DNA from: a virus
Direction: 5' to 3' (one strand)
IMG/VR virus record: IMGVR_UViG_3300042887_003609
Coordinates: 10,485 to 74,484 of that record
DNA length: 64,000 bases
Under the pieces are notes generated by a model that saw only the letters and a list, made by a program, of their open reading frames with translations, did not search any database and was not told the DNA's origin. The position numbers were made by a program, and so were the translations under genes. This document shows, one piece after another, positions 48,601 through 57,377 of the stretch (position 1 is its first letter; every line of letters starts with the position of its first letter).

Positions 48601-50414
48601 GTATACCTACCTATACAAGTTACGTTCCTGTATCCACCACTAATTGTTCCACCGTATTGATCATTACAATTTTGATAACCTCCTGCTATAGTAGCATAAA
48701 ATCCTGAATTTGTATTACCTATTCCACCACCTATTACTAAACCATTTGCTCCAGAACCTATTAAATTATTTAAACCACCTCCAATAAAACTTTGACAAGC
48801 ACAAACTCTATTAAAGTTACCACCTGCAACTGTTGAATAACTTCCAACGGCAGAGTTGCCTGTTCCACCTGATACGGTAGAAATAAAACCTGAAGAAATA
48901 TTACCAATTCCACCACCTACAACAGAAGCATATCCTGATGTTAAGTTTCCACAACCACCTACTACACTTGAATAGACACTTGTAGCACAGTTACCAAAAC
49001 CACCACCTATTAATGCCCATGAAGCCGTATTACATACACGGTTAGATTGACCACCTCCTAAAATTGAGTAAGCACCACTATTTGTATTGCTTGCTCCCGA
49101 TATAATTCCACTTGCAAGACCAATAACGCAGTTAGTTGCTCCCGCCCCTATAAATCCATAAGAACCACTTGCCGTATTAAACTTTCCACTAACTACACTA
49201 TCTCCTATTCCACAAGCCCTATTTGTACATCCACCTCCAACAAATGTATGTGATGCAACGGAACAGTTAGATTGACCACCTACTACGGATGACCAAGAGT
49301 TTGTTGCTTGGTTAGATTGACCACCACCTATAGTTGAAGTAGTTCCACTTGCAGTATTACTACAACCACCACCTACTGTTGAAAGACATCCACTTGCATT
49401 ATTTAGAATCCCTCCTGCAATAGTTGAAGTATTACCACTTGCAGTGTTTGAGTCACCTCCTCCAATAAATGAATTACTTGCGGTTAAAGCAATTGTATTA
49501 CATCTTCCTCCTACAATACTTTGATAGTTTCCACTTATGGTTTGATTTCTACCACCTCCAATAAATCCTACATTACCCAACGCTCTGTTACAAAATCCGT
49601 GCGTAATAACATTACAACCTCCACCGCTTATACAGTTCTGTTGTCCGCTTACTATAGATGATAAATATCCGCAATTTATATTTCCAATACCCGAAAGAAT
49701 ACCTGAATATGTAGTGGTTGATAGGTTATTTACACCTCCACCAATAAAACTCGCATAACCGCTTGCTGTATTGCCACAACCACCAACGATTGCAGAATAA
49801 ACTCCCGTTGCACAGTTGTTTTGTCCACCAAGTGAAGCGGAGTAATTACCCAATGCCGTGTTACCAACAGCACATCTTAAAGATGAACATGCCCCTGTAC
49901 CAAGAACAATTACTTCTTGTGCAAGACTAGATGCAGATCTTGATTTAATCAAACCTGTAGCTGGATCACGTACAAGTACATCATCTACTGATGTATCTAC
50001 AACCGGAGTACTAAAAATATTTAAATTATTTACATAACTTGTACAAGCTGTATTAGCAGTGATATCACTACCCATGATAAATGTATCATCTAAACCATTT
50101 GTACTATTATTTCTTCCGCCTAAAATAGCAGAATAATCACCTGACGCAACTTGAGATGCAAGTGTTCTTGACATTTGTAAATCAACTGCATATTGTCCTC
50201 TGGCATCTCCGCCTACTGCTGTAGCATCAGGACAAGCTGCAATAATTGCACCTGTTCCTAATGTTAAAAGAACCAGATTCATATCTGTGTACGTAGTAGA
50301 ACTAACCGCTAAAAATGCTGATGGTTGAATAGTATCACATGTACCATCAACAAAATTAACTAGACCTCCGCCACCACTACCACCTAATGAGAAAAACTTG
50401 CCGAATGTTGCCAT
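45624..50414 (-). CDS. Gly/Asn/Cys-rich repeat fibre protein
   Basis: 1596 aa, dozens of about 15-aa GGxxNxAxGxxS repeats; RGQYAVDLQ...QVASG module; C-terminal IPTSSAGLSSGEVWSDGGTLKI. Confidence 0.8.
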   Translation of the reverse strand: MATFGKFFSLGGSGGGGLVNFVDGTCDTIQPSAFLAVSSTTYTDMNLVLLTLGTGAIIAACPDATAVGGDARGQYAVDLQMSRTLASQVASGDYSAILGGRNNSTNGLDDTFIMGSDITANTACTSYVNNLNIFSTPVVDTSVDDVLVRDPATGLIKSRSASSLAQEVIVLGTGACSSLRCAVGNTALGNYSASLGGQNNCATGVYSAIVGGCGNTASGYASFIGGGVNNLSTTTYSGILSGIGNINCGYLSSIVSGQQNCISGGGCNVITHGFCNRALGNVGFIGGGRNQTISGNYQSIVGGRCNTIALTASNSFIGGGDSNTASGNTSTIAGGILNNASGCLSTVGGGCSNTASGTTSTIGGGQSNQATNSWSSVVGGQSNCSVASHTFVGGGCTNRACGIGDSVVSGKFNTASGSYGFIGAGATNCVIGLASGIISGASNTNSGAYSILGGGQSNRVCNTASWALIGGGFGNCATSVYSSVVGGCGNLTSGYASVVGGGIGNISSGFISTVSGGTGNSAVGSYSTVAGGNFNRVCACQSFIGGGLNNLIGSGANGLVIGGGIGNTNSGFYATIAGGYQNCNDQYGGTISGGYRNVTCIGRYTTIGGGQFNTASNYFSMIGAGRYNLSCNQYSSILGGLCNRAGGNYSAVGGGTLNIASGCESTIGGGCSNTASGPLRSTVGGGVLNLASGISSTVAGGQQNCATDYAVVAGGILNSASGSASVVGGGSSNVASGTQAFMGGGCSNCSFGYRAVIGGGFNNCVRDISQYGVIVGGEGNRIGARYYSAVVGGQNNVNAGAYSFMGSGSGNYTSDSTCYAVIGGGCGNGAFGVGATVGGGFGNQAANSWSSVVGGAFNCATNVYSSVVGGCGNKALGYGSFVGGGVNNCACNCFSNIAGGLNNLICSQGVCSFIGGGSNNIANFFGNFIGAGTGNIACGNRAVVIGGCGNISSGQDSMVGGTGNSSTNNGSVAFGTTVIASGFSSVAFGNGNQSTGNSSNVVGGTSNCATANFSSVLGGSLNRAESECSVVVGGRLNRSCAIAALVGAGTCNCAIGDNSSVVGGAFNCATSIYSSVVGGCGNKATGYGSFVGGGVGNTSSANSSSVLGGDGNNVSGIGSAIVTGYANSVSGGNNFIGTGFANTISSPVYRSGIGAGFINSISASGAYSFIGSGNGNSITAINSFIGGGYLNRAIATTSFIGGGENNIAAGSYSAVTAGQNNCATGGWSFVGGGCRNVVSGNCSSLVGGSCNTVSGYRGFIGGGGNNTVSGGDNFVGGGNSNIASGILRAFVGGGYGNVASNYSTTVSGGYSNCATRNDATVGGGSRNTASGYSSSIIGGVRNIACACASIVGGGELNRALGNYSAVAGGFSNCAVGVESFIGGGRNNCLVGQGALIVGGYQNYVCGAGNIIVGGGCNGINGFAQESSIGSGFLNIIGGNKNQSFMGGGRQNTIDGTRAFLGGGILNQVTADCGTLGGGCGNVVSFPYGSLLGGFSNTVNGCSGFVGGGACNTAQGAYGVVVGGCVNTASALYSVVLGGVGNTAAANFSSVVGCGINANVECAFHVNKLVITNIPTSSAGLSSGEVWSDGGTLKIVT
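47164..47861. repeat. Near-identical direct repeat of about 71 bp (47164-47234 and 47791-47861) inside the fibre gene
   Basis: About 6 mismatches in 71 nt by manual alignment. Confidence 0.85.
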
Positions 50415-50416
50415 AA

Positions 50417-50725
50417 TTATTTACTTACTATATATGTTAAAGTACCAGTTCCTGAAACCGCAATTTGCTCTGCTTTATTTACATCTAATGTTACACCAGT
50501 TTTATCTGGTAAAGTTATAGATGCCGTGTTATTCACACTAAAATAAACATCTCCACCTGTTGTGTTAATTAAAGTAACACAGATTGATTTTTCAGCATTA
50601 AGTGGAATCAATGCTCCTGTTAAAGTTACATTTCTAGAGATATCTGAACCTCTACGTAAAAACTCTTGCAATCTTTGAAAAAGACTTTGCAAGAAAATAT
50701 CTGTTGATGATCTACCGGTAGGCAT
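50417..50725 (-). CDS. Hypothetical structural protein (beta-rich)
   Basis: 102-aa ORF tightly packed in the operon. Confidence 0.6.
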   Translation of the reverse strand: MPTGRSSTDIFLQSLFQRLQEFLRRGSDISRNVTLTGALIPLNAEKSICVTLINTTGGDVYFSVNNTASITLPDKTGVTLDVNKAEQIAVSGTGTLTYIVSK

Positions 50726-50737
50726 AATTATATTTTA

Positions 50738-51181
50738 TTAAATTGTTGGAAGACATGGGGGACCTAATGTAGGAACTAAACCGGATTCAGGATTACTATA
50801 AGGTCCAAAACCGTTACTTAAACAAAAAGGACCTTCTGAATCACCATTAGGTATTGTAATTGTAATTGGGTTATCCGGATCTCCACATAAATTATATGTA
50901 AGAGTTTGATTCACTCCTGATGGATTATTAAAAGAATATTCTTGACAATCGTCAAAAGGTGCATTAGTTACTAAATCAAATGTACTAAACACACCATCTC
51001 CACAATCTGAATATACTCTTACATCATATTCAGTACCTGTCATAGTTGCAGGAATTAAAAATGGTGGAGGACCTGGAAGTGTTGTTGCAATCCAAGTACT
51101 ATCAACCGATCTTTTATACTCTACAAGATATTGTGTAGGAGCAGGAGTTGGTTCTGTAAAATTTATATATAGGTTTCCCAT
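50738..51181 (-). CDS. FN3-like domain structural protein
   Basis: YLVEYKRS...W...GTEYDVRVYSDC FN3-like pattern plus a Cys-containing C-terminal domain. Confidence 0.55.
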   Translation of the reverse strand: MGNLYINFTEPTPAPTQYLVEYKRSVDSTWIATTLPGPPPFLIPATMTGTEYDVRVYSDCGDGVFSTFDLVTNAPFDDCQEYSFNNPSGVNQTLTYNLCGDPDNPITITIPNGDSEGPFCLSNGFGPYSNPESGLVPTLGPPCLPTI

Positions 51182-51183
51182 AA

Positions 51184-51711
51184 TTAGCTAGTTAAAGTTT
51201 TAAAATTTAAAGTTATAGATGTGCAGCAATCAGCTTCAGCATCTGTTCCAGTTATCATTCTTATATAATACTCAGTATTTGGTATAAGATTTATTAATGA
51301 CCATTGAGTTGCTGCTGTAACAGTAACTATTGTACTTGTTCCAAATGTTGGACTTGTTGAGTATTCAATCTTAACAGAAGTAATTTCTGCGGGAGCCCCA
51401 GGTATAGTCCAAAATACGGTAGCGGCAGTACTAGTAATACCTTGTACTTCAAAGTCATAAATTGCTTGGCATTCTGCAGTTATATCAAAACAAGTTGGAT
51501 TTGTTAAATAAGAAACAATTTTCTTAATTACAATATCCATTCTATCATTGTTATTGATAGGAATATCAACAATATTATTACCGTTATAACTGACACACTC
51601 TGTGTAGACGAGTTCTTCACAAGGTTCAGTATTATTACAAACTGTAGTAACCGGTGAAGTTAACGTGGTGTCAGTGCACCCGCATGGGTTATTATTACAA
51701 TTACAACTCAT
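51184..51711 (-). CDS. Cys-rich protein with C-terminal FN3 domain
   Basis: ITSTAATVFW...IEYS...LINLIPNTEYYIRM FN3 signature; N-terminal Cys cluster. Confidence 0.65.
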   Translation of the reverse strand: MSCNCNNNPCGCTDTTLTSPVTTVCNNTEPCEELVYTECVSYNGNNIVDIPINNNDRMDIVIKKIVSYLTNPTCFDITAECQAIYDFEVQGITSTAATVFWTIPGAPAEITSVKIEYSTSPTFGTSTIVTVTAATQWSLINLIPNTEYYIRMITGTDAEADCCTSITLNFKTLTS

Positions 51712-51712
51712 T

Positions 51713-53239
51713 TTAATTAATATTATATGCTATTAAATTAGTTACTGGTAAACAGGTTGTATTAACTACAACTACTGACTCAGATGTACACACTCTTACT
51801 ACAGTTTCAACACCAGTTGATGGATTAACACTTATTATAGAAATTTCTACAGTATAAGTTCCAACATTAGAAACCGGGAATGAACCTGTTACAGGATTTG
51901 AAAGTGTACTAGCTACAGCTGTTGTAGTAGAACCTACAATAGACAAACCAGCATCATACAATCTTACTCTATATTTAGTAGTAGCAGAAGCTATGTATAG
52001 GTTATTAAAGCTATAACCAACAGTTCCAGAACTAGAAATATTATTCCAACTTGAAGTTAAAGACATAACAGGACAAGCTACAGTGTTAATTACATTAAAT
52101 CTTACAGTATTTTGGCACTGTAAACCGGTCATCATATTAGTAAAGCAATAAGCTACTTCAACTGAAAAGTCAGTAGCAAAGTCTAAACCAGAAGTACTTA
52201 AATCAATATCCTGAAAACCACCTGCTACAATTACAGCAATATTGTTAAATGAAGTAGTAAAACTAGCTCCGTTACCATCTGTAATAGTAATAGTTGATCC
52301 TGGTAAAGGACATTGTGTAAAATCTGCAGGTAATACGGATCCTGTATTTGCTCTTACTGTAAGAGTATCTGTTTCAAACACACCATAAAATCCAAGTACA
52401 ATATCAGCACAAGTACTAGCACAACAGTCAGCTAATAAATTAACTTTATTACGCATATCACATACAGTAATCCATAAGTTCTTAATACTCTGTGCTAAGT
52501 TACTTACAGTTACATTCCATTCAGGATATGCGGTTGCCATTGTACCAGCAGTAGATAAAGCAGGTTCATTAGTTAAATCACAATAAGGTTGTAACCCAAC
52601 AGCTAATTCTGCAGGACTACCAGTTTGTGTTTCAAGATCACAAAGCTCTTGTTCTATTATAGCAACTATATTTACTAAAGTATCAGCACCATCTCCTAAA
52701 CAAACATAAGTTGAATTAATAGGAGCATATGTAGAACTTAAAGTAGATAAAGTATTATTGATAGTTGTAATTTGAGTACTGTGTGTTCCTACTGCAGATT
52801 CAAGTGTACTAATATCTGTTAATGCAGCACACAATGTAACACCAATTAATTCAGCATATTCTACTACACCTAATGTAGCTCCACCAGCTTCTGCTTGTAA
52901 ACAAGATGCTACATCAGCAGTTAAGTTAATAGGACCAGGAATTACAATATCCTCTACAACGGTGTATAGATTACAAAGTCTATCAGTTAAATACTGAATA
53001 AGATCATTGTAGTCAGTCCATGTAACTGAACCACTACCTAAACATTCTGTATTTACGGTAATCTCACTGGCTCTTCCATCAATGTTACAAACTAATTCTC
53101 CAAGTTTAAGAATTACATCTGTAACTGTATCAGATTTACATAAACCAATACATGGTATATCCGCTCCATGCCATATGACGCAATTACTTGAAAGTACTGA
53201 ACAAGTGCTGCTTTTTGTGTTTGATCCTACTGGTAGCAT
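51713..53239 (-). CDS. Cys-rich fibre-like structural protein with a coiled-coil segment
   Basis: Likely start is ATG 53239 (MLPVG). SNCVIWHGADIPC N-terminal motif, heptad region and beta-rich C-terminus. Confidence 0.6.
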   Translation of the reverse strand: MLPVGSNTKSSTCSVLSSNCVIWHGADIPCIGLCKSDTVTDVILKLGELVCNIDGRASEITVNTECLGSGSVTWTDYNDLIQYLTDRLCNLYTVVEDIVIPGPINLTADVASCLQAEAGGATLGVVEYAELIGVTLCAALTDISTLESAVGTHSTQITTINNTLSTLSSTYAPINSTYVCLGDGADTLVNIVAIIEQELCDLETQTGSPAELAVGLQPYCDLTNEPALSTAGTMATAYPEWNVTVSNLAQSIKNLWITVCDMRNKVNLLADCCASTCADIVLGFYGVFETDTLTVRANTGSVLPADFTQCPLPGSTITITDGNGASFTTSFNNIAVIVAGGFQDIDLSTSGLDFATDFSVEVAYCFTNMMTGLQCQNTVRFNVINTVACPVMSLTSSWNNISSSGTVGYSFNNLYIASATTKYRVRLYDAGLSIVGSTTTAVASTLSNPVTGSFPVSNVGTYTVEISIISVNPSTGVETVVRVCTSESVVVVNTTCLPVTNLIAYNIN

Positions 53240-53271
53240 ATTTATAGAAATATAGTGCACAGAGCTAACTG

Positions 53272-53286
53272 TACACTATAATATAA
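53272..53286 (-). promoter_or_regulatory. Putative late promoter
   Basis: TTATATTATAGTGTA. Confidence 0.6.
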
Positions 53287-53310
53287 TAAAAATAATTCTG
53301 TTATGAAAGC

Positions 53311-53733
53311 TTATTTGTATTTCCAATAAATTCTATTGAAAATCTTTTCAATGAAAAGATTAAAGGATATTGAATAAGATATCCAACAAATAAAAAAATC
53401 AGGACCTAATCCTACAATTGTAGTGTAACAAACTACACCAAAAAACATAAGTAAAAGATACATGGTTTTTAACATATGCCATGCATCTGTTAATCCAACA
53501 AATATAGTAGTGCTATAAGGAAACTTTTCTTCAAAGGCAGGTATATATCCAAAATTATACCAATGCTTTTTACCTACTTGTAAGGGTAATTTGTATTTAT
53601 TCTTCCAAGATTTGTCAGTATTCCAAAACTGATGGTTGTATTTATAAAATATAGATTGCTCTAATCTAAATCCTACAAAGTCTCTAGCTGCATCAACAAT
53701 ACCTGCTAAAAAAAATAAAATTAAACTAATCAT
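53311..53733 (-). CDS. Hypothetical membrane protein
   Basis: 140 aa with hydrophobic N-terminal and C-terminal segments; FWN...SWKNKY and TDAWH motifs. Confidence 0.65.
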   Translation of the reverse strand: MISLILFFLAGIVDAARDFVGFRLEQSIFYKYNHQFWNTDKSWKNKYKLPLQVGKKHWYNFGYIPAFEEKFPYSTTIFVGLTDAWHMLKTMYLLLMFFGVVCYTTIVGLGPDFFICWISYSISFNLFIEKIFNRIYWKYK

Positions 53734-53860
53734 TAGTTTCTTCTATTTCTTCTACTTCTTCCATCATTTTTTTTCTGTTCTCAATAGTAACATTTCTGAT
53801 GTACTTAATTGTTCCAATAAGTAAACTAAATAAAATAATAACTCCAAAAAATTCTTTCAT
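53726..53860 (-). CDS. Small single-TM protein (44 aa), not in the ORF track
   Basis: MKEFFGVIILFSLLIGTIKYIRNVTIENRKKMMEEVEEIEETND; overlaps both neighbours, consistent with translational coupling. Confidence 0.6.
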   Translation of the reverse strand: MKEFFGVIILFSLLIGTIKYIRNVTIENRKKMMEEVEEIEETND

Positions 53861-54054
53861 AATAAAGGTGTTAATTCCTCATCAAATTTATCTATTAATT
53901 CTAATAGTTCAAAATTAAGAATATCTATATCTCTATTTTCATGACAACAAGTTTCAATACCAAACTTCATTTCTTTATAAATAGAAAATATAGTTTCAGC
54001 AAATCTAATGTTTACTTTGCTGTAATCACAGTTTGTACAATTGGAGTTTGACAT
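53857..54054 (-). CDS. Small Cys-containing hypothetical protein
   Basis: 65 aa, CxxC and FGIETCC. Confidence 0.6.
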   Translation of the reverse strand: MSNSNCTNCDYSKVNIRFAETIFSIYKEMKFGIETCCHENRDIDILNFELLELIDKFDEELTPLL

Positions 54055-54185
54055 TTTTGTTTTAGTGTTAATTCATAGTTTGCTTTACAAGAGTTACATA
54101 CTCTTCTTCCATCAGATGCTGTTTTAAGTTGACATCCACAAGATAAAACAGATTTACAATTTGGGCATAAAGATTTACTAGCCAT
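54012..54185 (-). CDS. Small zinc-finger-like protein (57 aa), not in the ORF track
   Basis: MASKSLCPNCKSVLSCGCQLKTASDGRRVCNSCKANYELTLKQKCQTPIVQTVITAK, with CxxC, CxC and CxxC; leader AAAAACCA-ATG. Confidence 0.65.
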   Translation of the reverse strand: MASKSLCPNCKSVLSCGCQLKTASDGRRVCNSCKANYELTLKQKCQTPIVQTVITAK

Positions 54186-54198
54186 TGGTTTTTAATTA

Positions 54199-54744
54199 TT
54201 AATTACAATATGTACAAGATAATTTTTGCAATTTACTATAAACATAATTATAAATTGCAACTCCTACTTCAACATTATGACAATATTCAACTTTAGCTTT
54301 AGCTCCATCTAACATTGTTTTATAAAGTCTAAGTGTATTTAATTTATCTCTTTGTTCTTTTAATGGTTCACATCCGGATAAATTAATAGTACAAAGAATC
54401 TCGTAATATAATTTAAGTGCTGTAGACATTCTTAAATGTACATACTCAACAAATACTTTATCATTTGGAGCTACAGAATATCTGAGTGTATAAACTCCAT
54501 CTGGTAAATCTGTAAGAGTAGTATTACAATCAGTAAGTTGCAATCCTAAATCACATGCTGTTAGTATGTTTTCTACATTAGTATTAAAGTCTAATGTTAC
54601 TTCTTCAATTGATCCAGGTGTAAGCACTTGAAGTTTTGGGCAAGCCACTGTTAGATCACTAGCATAAACGCTAGTATCTGTTACTCTTAAAATTTTAGTA
54701 TTGAGAGTTTCAGGAATGTCTAAACTTAAAATATGTTTGTTCAT
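54199..54744 (-). CDS. Conserved virion structural protein
   Basis: True start is likely ATG 54744 (MNKHILSL), downstream of the promoter; contains LPDGVYTLRYSVAPN, typical of crAss-like tail/head-module proteins. Confidence 0.6.
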   Translation of the reverse strand: MNKHILSLDIPETLNTKILRVTDTSVYASDLTVACPKLQVLTPGSIEEVTLDFNTNVENILTACDLGLQLTDCNTTLTDLPDGVYTLRYSVAPNDKVFVEYVHLRMSTALKLYYEILCTINLSGCEPLKEQRDKLNTLRLYKTMLDGAKAKVEYCHNVEVGVAIYNYVYSKLQKLSCTYCN

Positions 54745-54766
54745 CTTATAATACAGATTTTGACTG

Positions 54767-54782
54767 TACATATATAATTTAC
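54767..54782 (-). promoter_or_regulatory. Putative late promoter
   Basis: GTAAATTATATATGTA, immediately after a terminator. Confidence 0.5.
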
Positions 54783-54797
54783 AAAAAATAAACAAAT

Positions 54798-54833
54798 AAA
54801 AAAAGGGGAAGATTTCTCCTCCCCTTTCTTTTT
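54798..54833 (-). terminator. Intrinsic terminator
   Basis: AAAGGGGAG...TTCCCCTTT stem followed by a T-run on the minus strand. Confidence 0.75.
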
Positions 54834-54848
54834 ATGAATTAGACAATA

Positions 54849-56156
54849 TTACAATACTTCTAATGTTACACCGTTACCAGCTGCAGTAAGGATTGCAGCC
54901 ATATCAGCTTCAAAAGTTGCAACAGTTCCGTCAGTAATAACTTCTAACAAATATTGATCATTATCAAAAGTGCTAGATGGGTTATTGAAACGAGGTACAT
55001 TGTGCAAAATCTGATATCTGGTATAGGTAGCAGTACGGCTAAGTGCATCCAAAGGAGCATTACCCAAAGTAATCTCACGAATACGTGGATCATCATTCCA
55101 GTAGTTCTGACGATACATTTCAGACTGAATCATATCACGAACAACAGTTTCACCAAAACCTTCACCTTGCTTACCAAGTTCAGGACCTGAACCAGGAGTA
55201 GATGGATCATCAGAAGTTCCAATTCCACGCTTTACACAAATTCCAGAAAATTCGCAAGGATTTCCAACTTCATCAACTTCAGAAGCAAAAATCAACACAG
55301 GCTCTTTTTCAAAATAATCTGTAGGTTGGAAAGAACAATCTCCGAATACAGTGTCAACATAAGCACCAGCTAAAATCAAACCAGCACATACATCTGTAAC
55401 TGAAGTTTCAGCAGGAGTAGTATAATCACCAAATGTACCAGCAGAAACAAAAGTTTCACCATTTACAGTTACGTCCTCACCATCTTTAGTATAGTAAGAC
55501 CAAGTAGCCGCTCCTGGATCATAAGCAGCAACAATAGGCTGAATGAAAGGAGACAAAATAGGATCTGCATCAGCAAAGTTGTTTGAAGGAACACCAGTGA
55601 TTTGAGTAGCCCAACCAACCATAACAAAGGTAGGGTCAATAGCAGCTGGAGTAGTTCCATCACAACAACCAGTATAGTAAGACAAAGTCTTATATACGTT
55701 GTGGTTCAAGAAACGCAAAGCAGGAGAACCTTTTACATCTACACGCAAATAGTAAGTTGCATCACAGTTAAAAGAAGGACATGCACAGTTGTAAGGTGCA
55801 GCCTCAGTAACTTCAGTTTGTCCAATGTGAATAATTGAAGCACTAGCAGCTTTAGGATCAATACGAGTAAATTTGCTTACATACTTAGGGTTAATCACTT
55901 TAGACTTGTTAGACTCTGAATAACCACCGTGGAAAGGACCAATTTTGTCATTTGCAGGGGTTAAGCTAGAAGCAGCAAGAATAAATGGAGTGCCAGTAGC
56001 ACCATTTAAGTTAACAAAGGTCTTAGCATTGTAAAGACCAAAATTTCCAAGCACAGCCCCACTACCAGTGAGTTCGCTTGCAGTTGTTCCGGAAACACTT
56101 TTTCGGTAAGTGCCAGTTCCTAAGAACAACTTCTGAAAAGCATGATTAAAATACAT
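54849..56156 (-). CDS. Abundant structural protein (auxiliary capsid/decoration-like)
   Basis: 435 aa, MCP-like optimised codons, own promoter and terminator, located in the capsid module. Confidence 0.6.
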   Translation of the reverse strand: MYFNHAFQKLFLGTGTYRKSVSGTTASELTGSGAVLGNFGLYNAKTFVNLNGATGTPFILAASSLTPANDKIGPFHGGYSESNKSKVINPKYVSKFTRIDPKAASASIIHIGQTEVTEAAPYNCACPSFNCDATYYLRVDVKGSPALRFLNHNVYKTLSYYTGCCDGTTPAAIDPTFVMVGWATQITGVPSNNFADADPILSPFIQPIVAAYDPGAATWSYYTKDGEDVTVNGETFVSAGTFGDYTTPAETSVTDVCAGLILAGAYVDTVFGDCSFQPTDYFEKEPVLIFASEVDEVGNPCEFSGICVKRGIGTSDDPSTPGSGPELGKQGEGFGETVVRDMIQSEMYRQNYWNDDPRIREITLGNAPLDALSRTATYTRYQILHNVPRFNNPSSTFDNDQYLLEVITDGTVATFEADMAAILTAAGNGVTLEVL

Positions 56157-56191
56157 AATTTTTAAATTTTAAATAAATAAATATACAAGTA

Positions 56192-56206
56192 TATAATACA
56201 ATATAA
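56192..56206 (-). promoter_or_regulatory. Putative late promoter (weaker match)
   Basis: TTATATTGTATTATA. Confidence 0.4.
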
Positions 56207-56224
56207 TTTTTATATATACAAATA

Positions 56225-56659
56225 TTATTTCAAAAAGATCAATTTATATTTAGTACTATTAATCAGTGCCTTAGCTTCATCCATAGTATTTATAATACTA
56301 GAACAAGTCATCATTGATTGAACAGATGAAATTTTATCATATAAATTTCTTAAATATATAATTGCTTCTTCTGGTGTTTTTAACATAGGAATATCCATTT
56401 GTGCTGGATATTCTAATATCATTTCAACATGTCCTTGGTATTGTTCAGCTAAATCATCAGCCTTTCCCAAGATTTCATCATAAAATTCATTTAATGCTTT
56501 ATGAGCAGCATAGCTGGTTGTCATTAAATGTGTAATGTGAGTTTTAGTTGAAGCATGTAGCATCTCATAAATAAGATTAGCCATAGCTTTATGTGCCATA
56601 GATTTACTATCTGAAGCCATCATACTTGAACTAGAACTTTTAAGTCTTCTTTCTAACAT
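56225..56659 (-). CDS. Dps/ferritin-like four-helix-bundle protein
   Basis: HITHLMTTSYAAHKALNEFYD...DDLAEQYQG ferritin-like pattern; C-terminal INTMDE...INSTKYKL. Confidence 0.75.
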   Translation of the reverse strand: MLERRLKSSSSSMMASDSKSMAHKAMANLIYEMLHASTKTHITHLMTTSYAAHKALNEFYDEILGKADDLAEQYQGHVEMILEYPAQMDIPMLKTPEEAIIYLRNLYDKISSVQSMMTCSSIINTMDEAKALINSTKYKLIFLK

Positions 56660-56664
56660 GATTA

Positions 56665-57366
56665 TTAATTATTATTTTCAACGGATTGTTTTGCAATTTG
56701 TAATTGATTCATAGATTCAATATCTCCAGCAAGAATACCAACACATTCATCAATTATTAATTCAGTTATATCATCTCTAAATTCACATGATACATCTGTA
56801 GTAGATGTAAGACCCGTATAAGGATCAATAGTGCCTGTAATTTGAATATAGACAGGTTTTCTATAGTATGTAAGTGTAGGATTAATAACAGTAAATTTGT
56901 TATCAGTATAAATTCTTATTGTATCATTAAATAATGTACAAAAAGTTTCACCCCATTCAAAACTGGGGTTTCTAAAATTATCATTCAATAAGCTATCTAC
57001 ATTTGCTTCTTCAGCAAGATAAACTGTCATTGAATCTGCTGGACAGCATTCTGATTTAGCAAGTGTGCTAACTCTTTTAAATTCTAAATAATCAGAAGGA
57101 AGTGATGTAGATTCAAAGTACTTTGCATTTTGTGTACCAGTAAGAACTTGATCTACAAGTAATATTTGTAAATCATCAATTCTTCTCTTTGAACCTTCAT
57201 CACCTTCCTTACGAGCATTTCCTGCATGAAGTTGTCTTCTTACCCATTGAAGTTGAGCTTTATTAAAAGCTTCAATAATTTGCCAACTTTCAATGTTGTC
57301 ATAATCATTAGAGGATAATTTATTTAACCTCTGTTTGATTTTTAGTTGCAGGATCTGATTATTCAT
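56665..57366 (-). CDS. Head-tail connector/ring protein
   Basis: 233 aa, LNKLSSN...FNKAQ...KRRIDDLQIL...LPSDYL...TYYRKP; crAss-like capsid-module gene. Confidence 0.6.
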   Translation of the reverse strand: MNNQILQLKIKQRLNKLSSNDYDNIESWQIIEAFNKAQLQWVRRQLHAGNARKEGDEGSKRRIDDLQILLVDQVLTGTQNAKYFESTSLPSDYLEFKRVSTLAKSECCPADSMTVYLAEEANVDSLLNDNFRNPSFEWGETFCTLFNDTIRIYTDNKFTVINPTLTYYRKPVYIQITGTIDPYTGLTSTTDVSCEFRDDITELIIDECVGILAGDIESMNQLQIAKQSVENNN

Positions 57367-57377
57367 GTATTAACAGT

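Noticed and set aside
37884-50414. Fibre repeats as a CRISPR array or DGR template/variable repeats
   Set aside because: The repeats are in-frame, degenerate coding units without spacers. Mismatches are not adenine-specific, and there is no reverse transcriptase or cas gene in the window.
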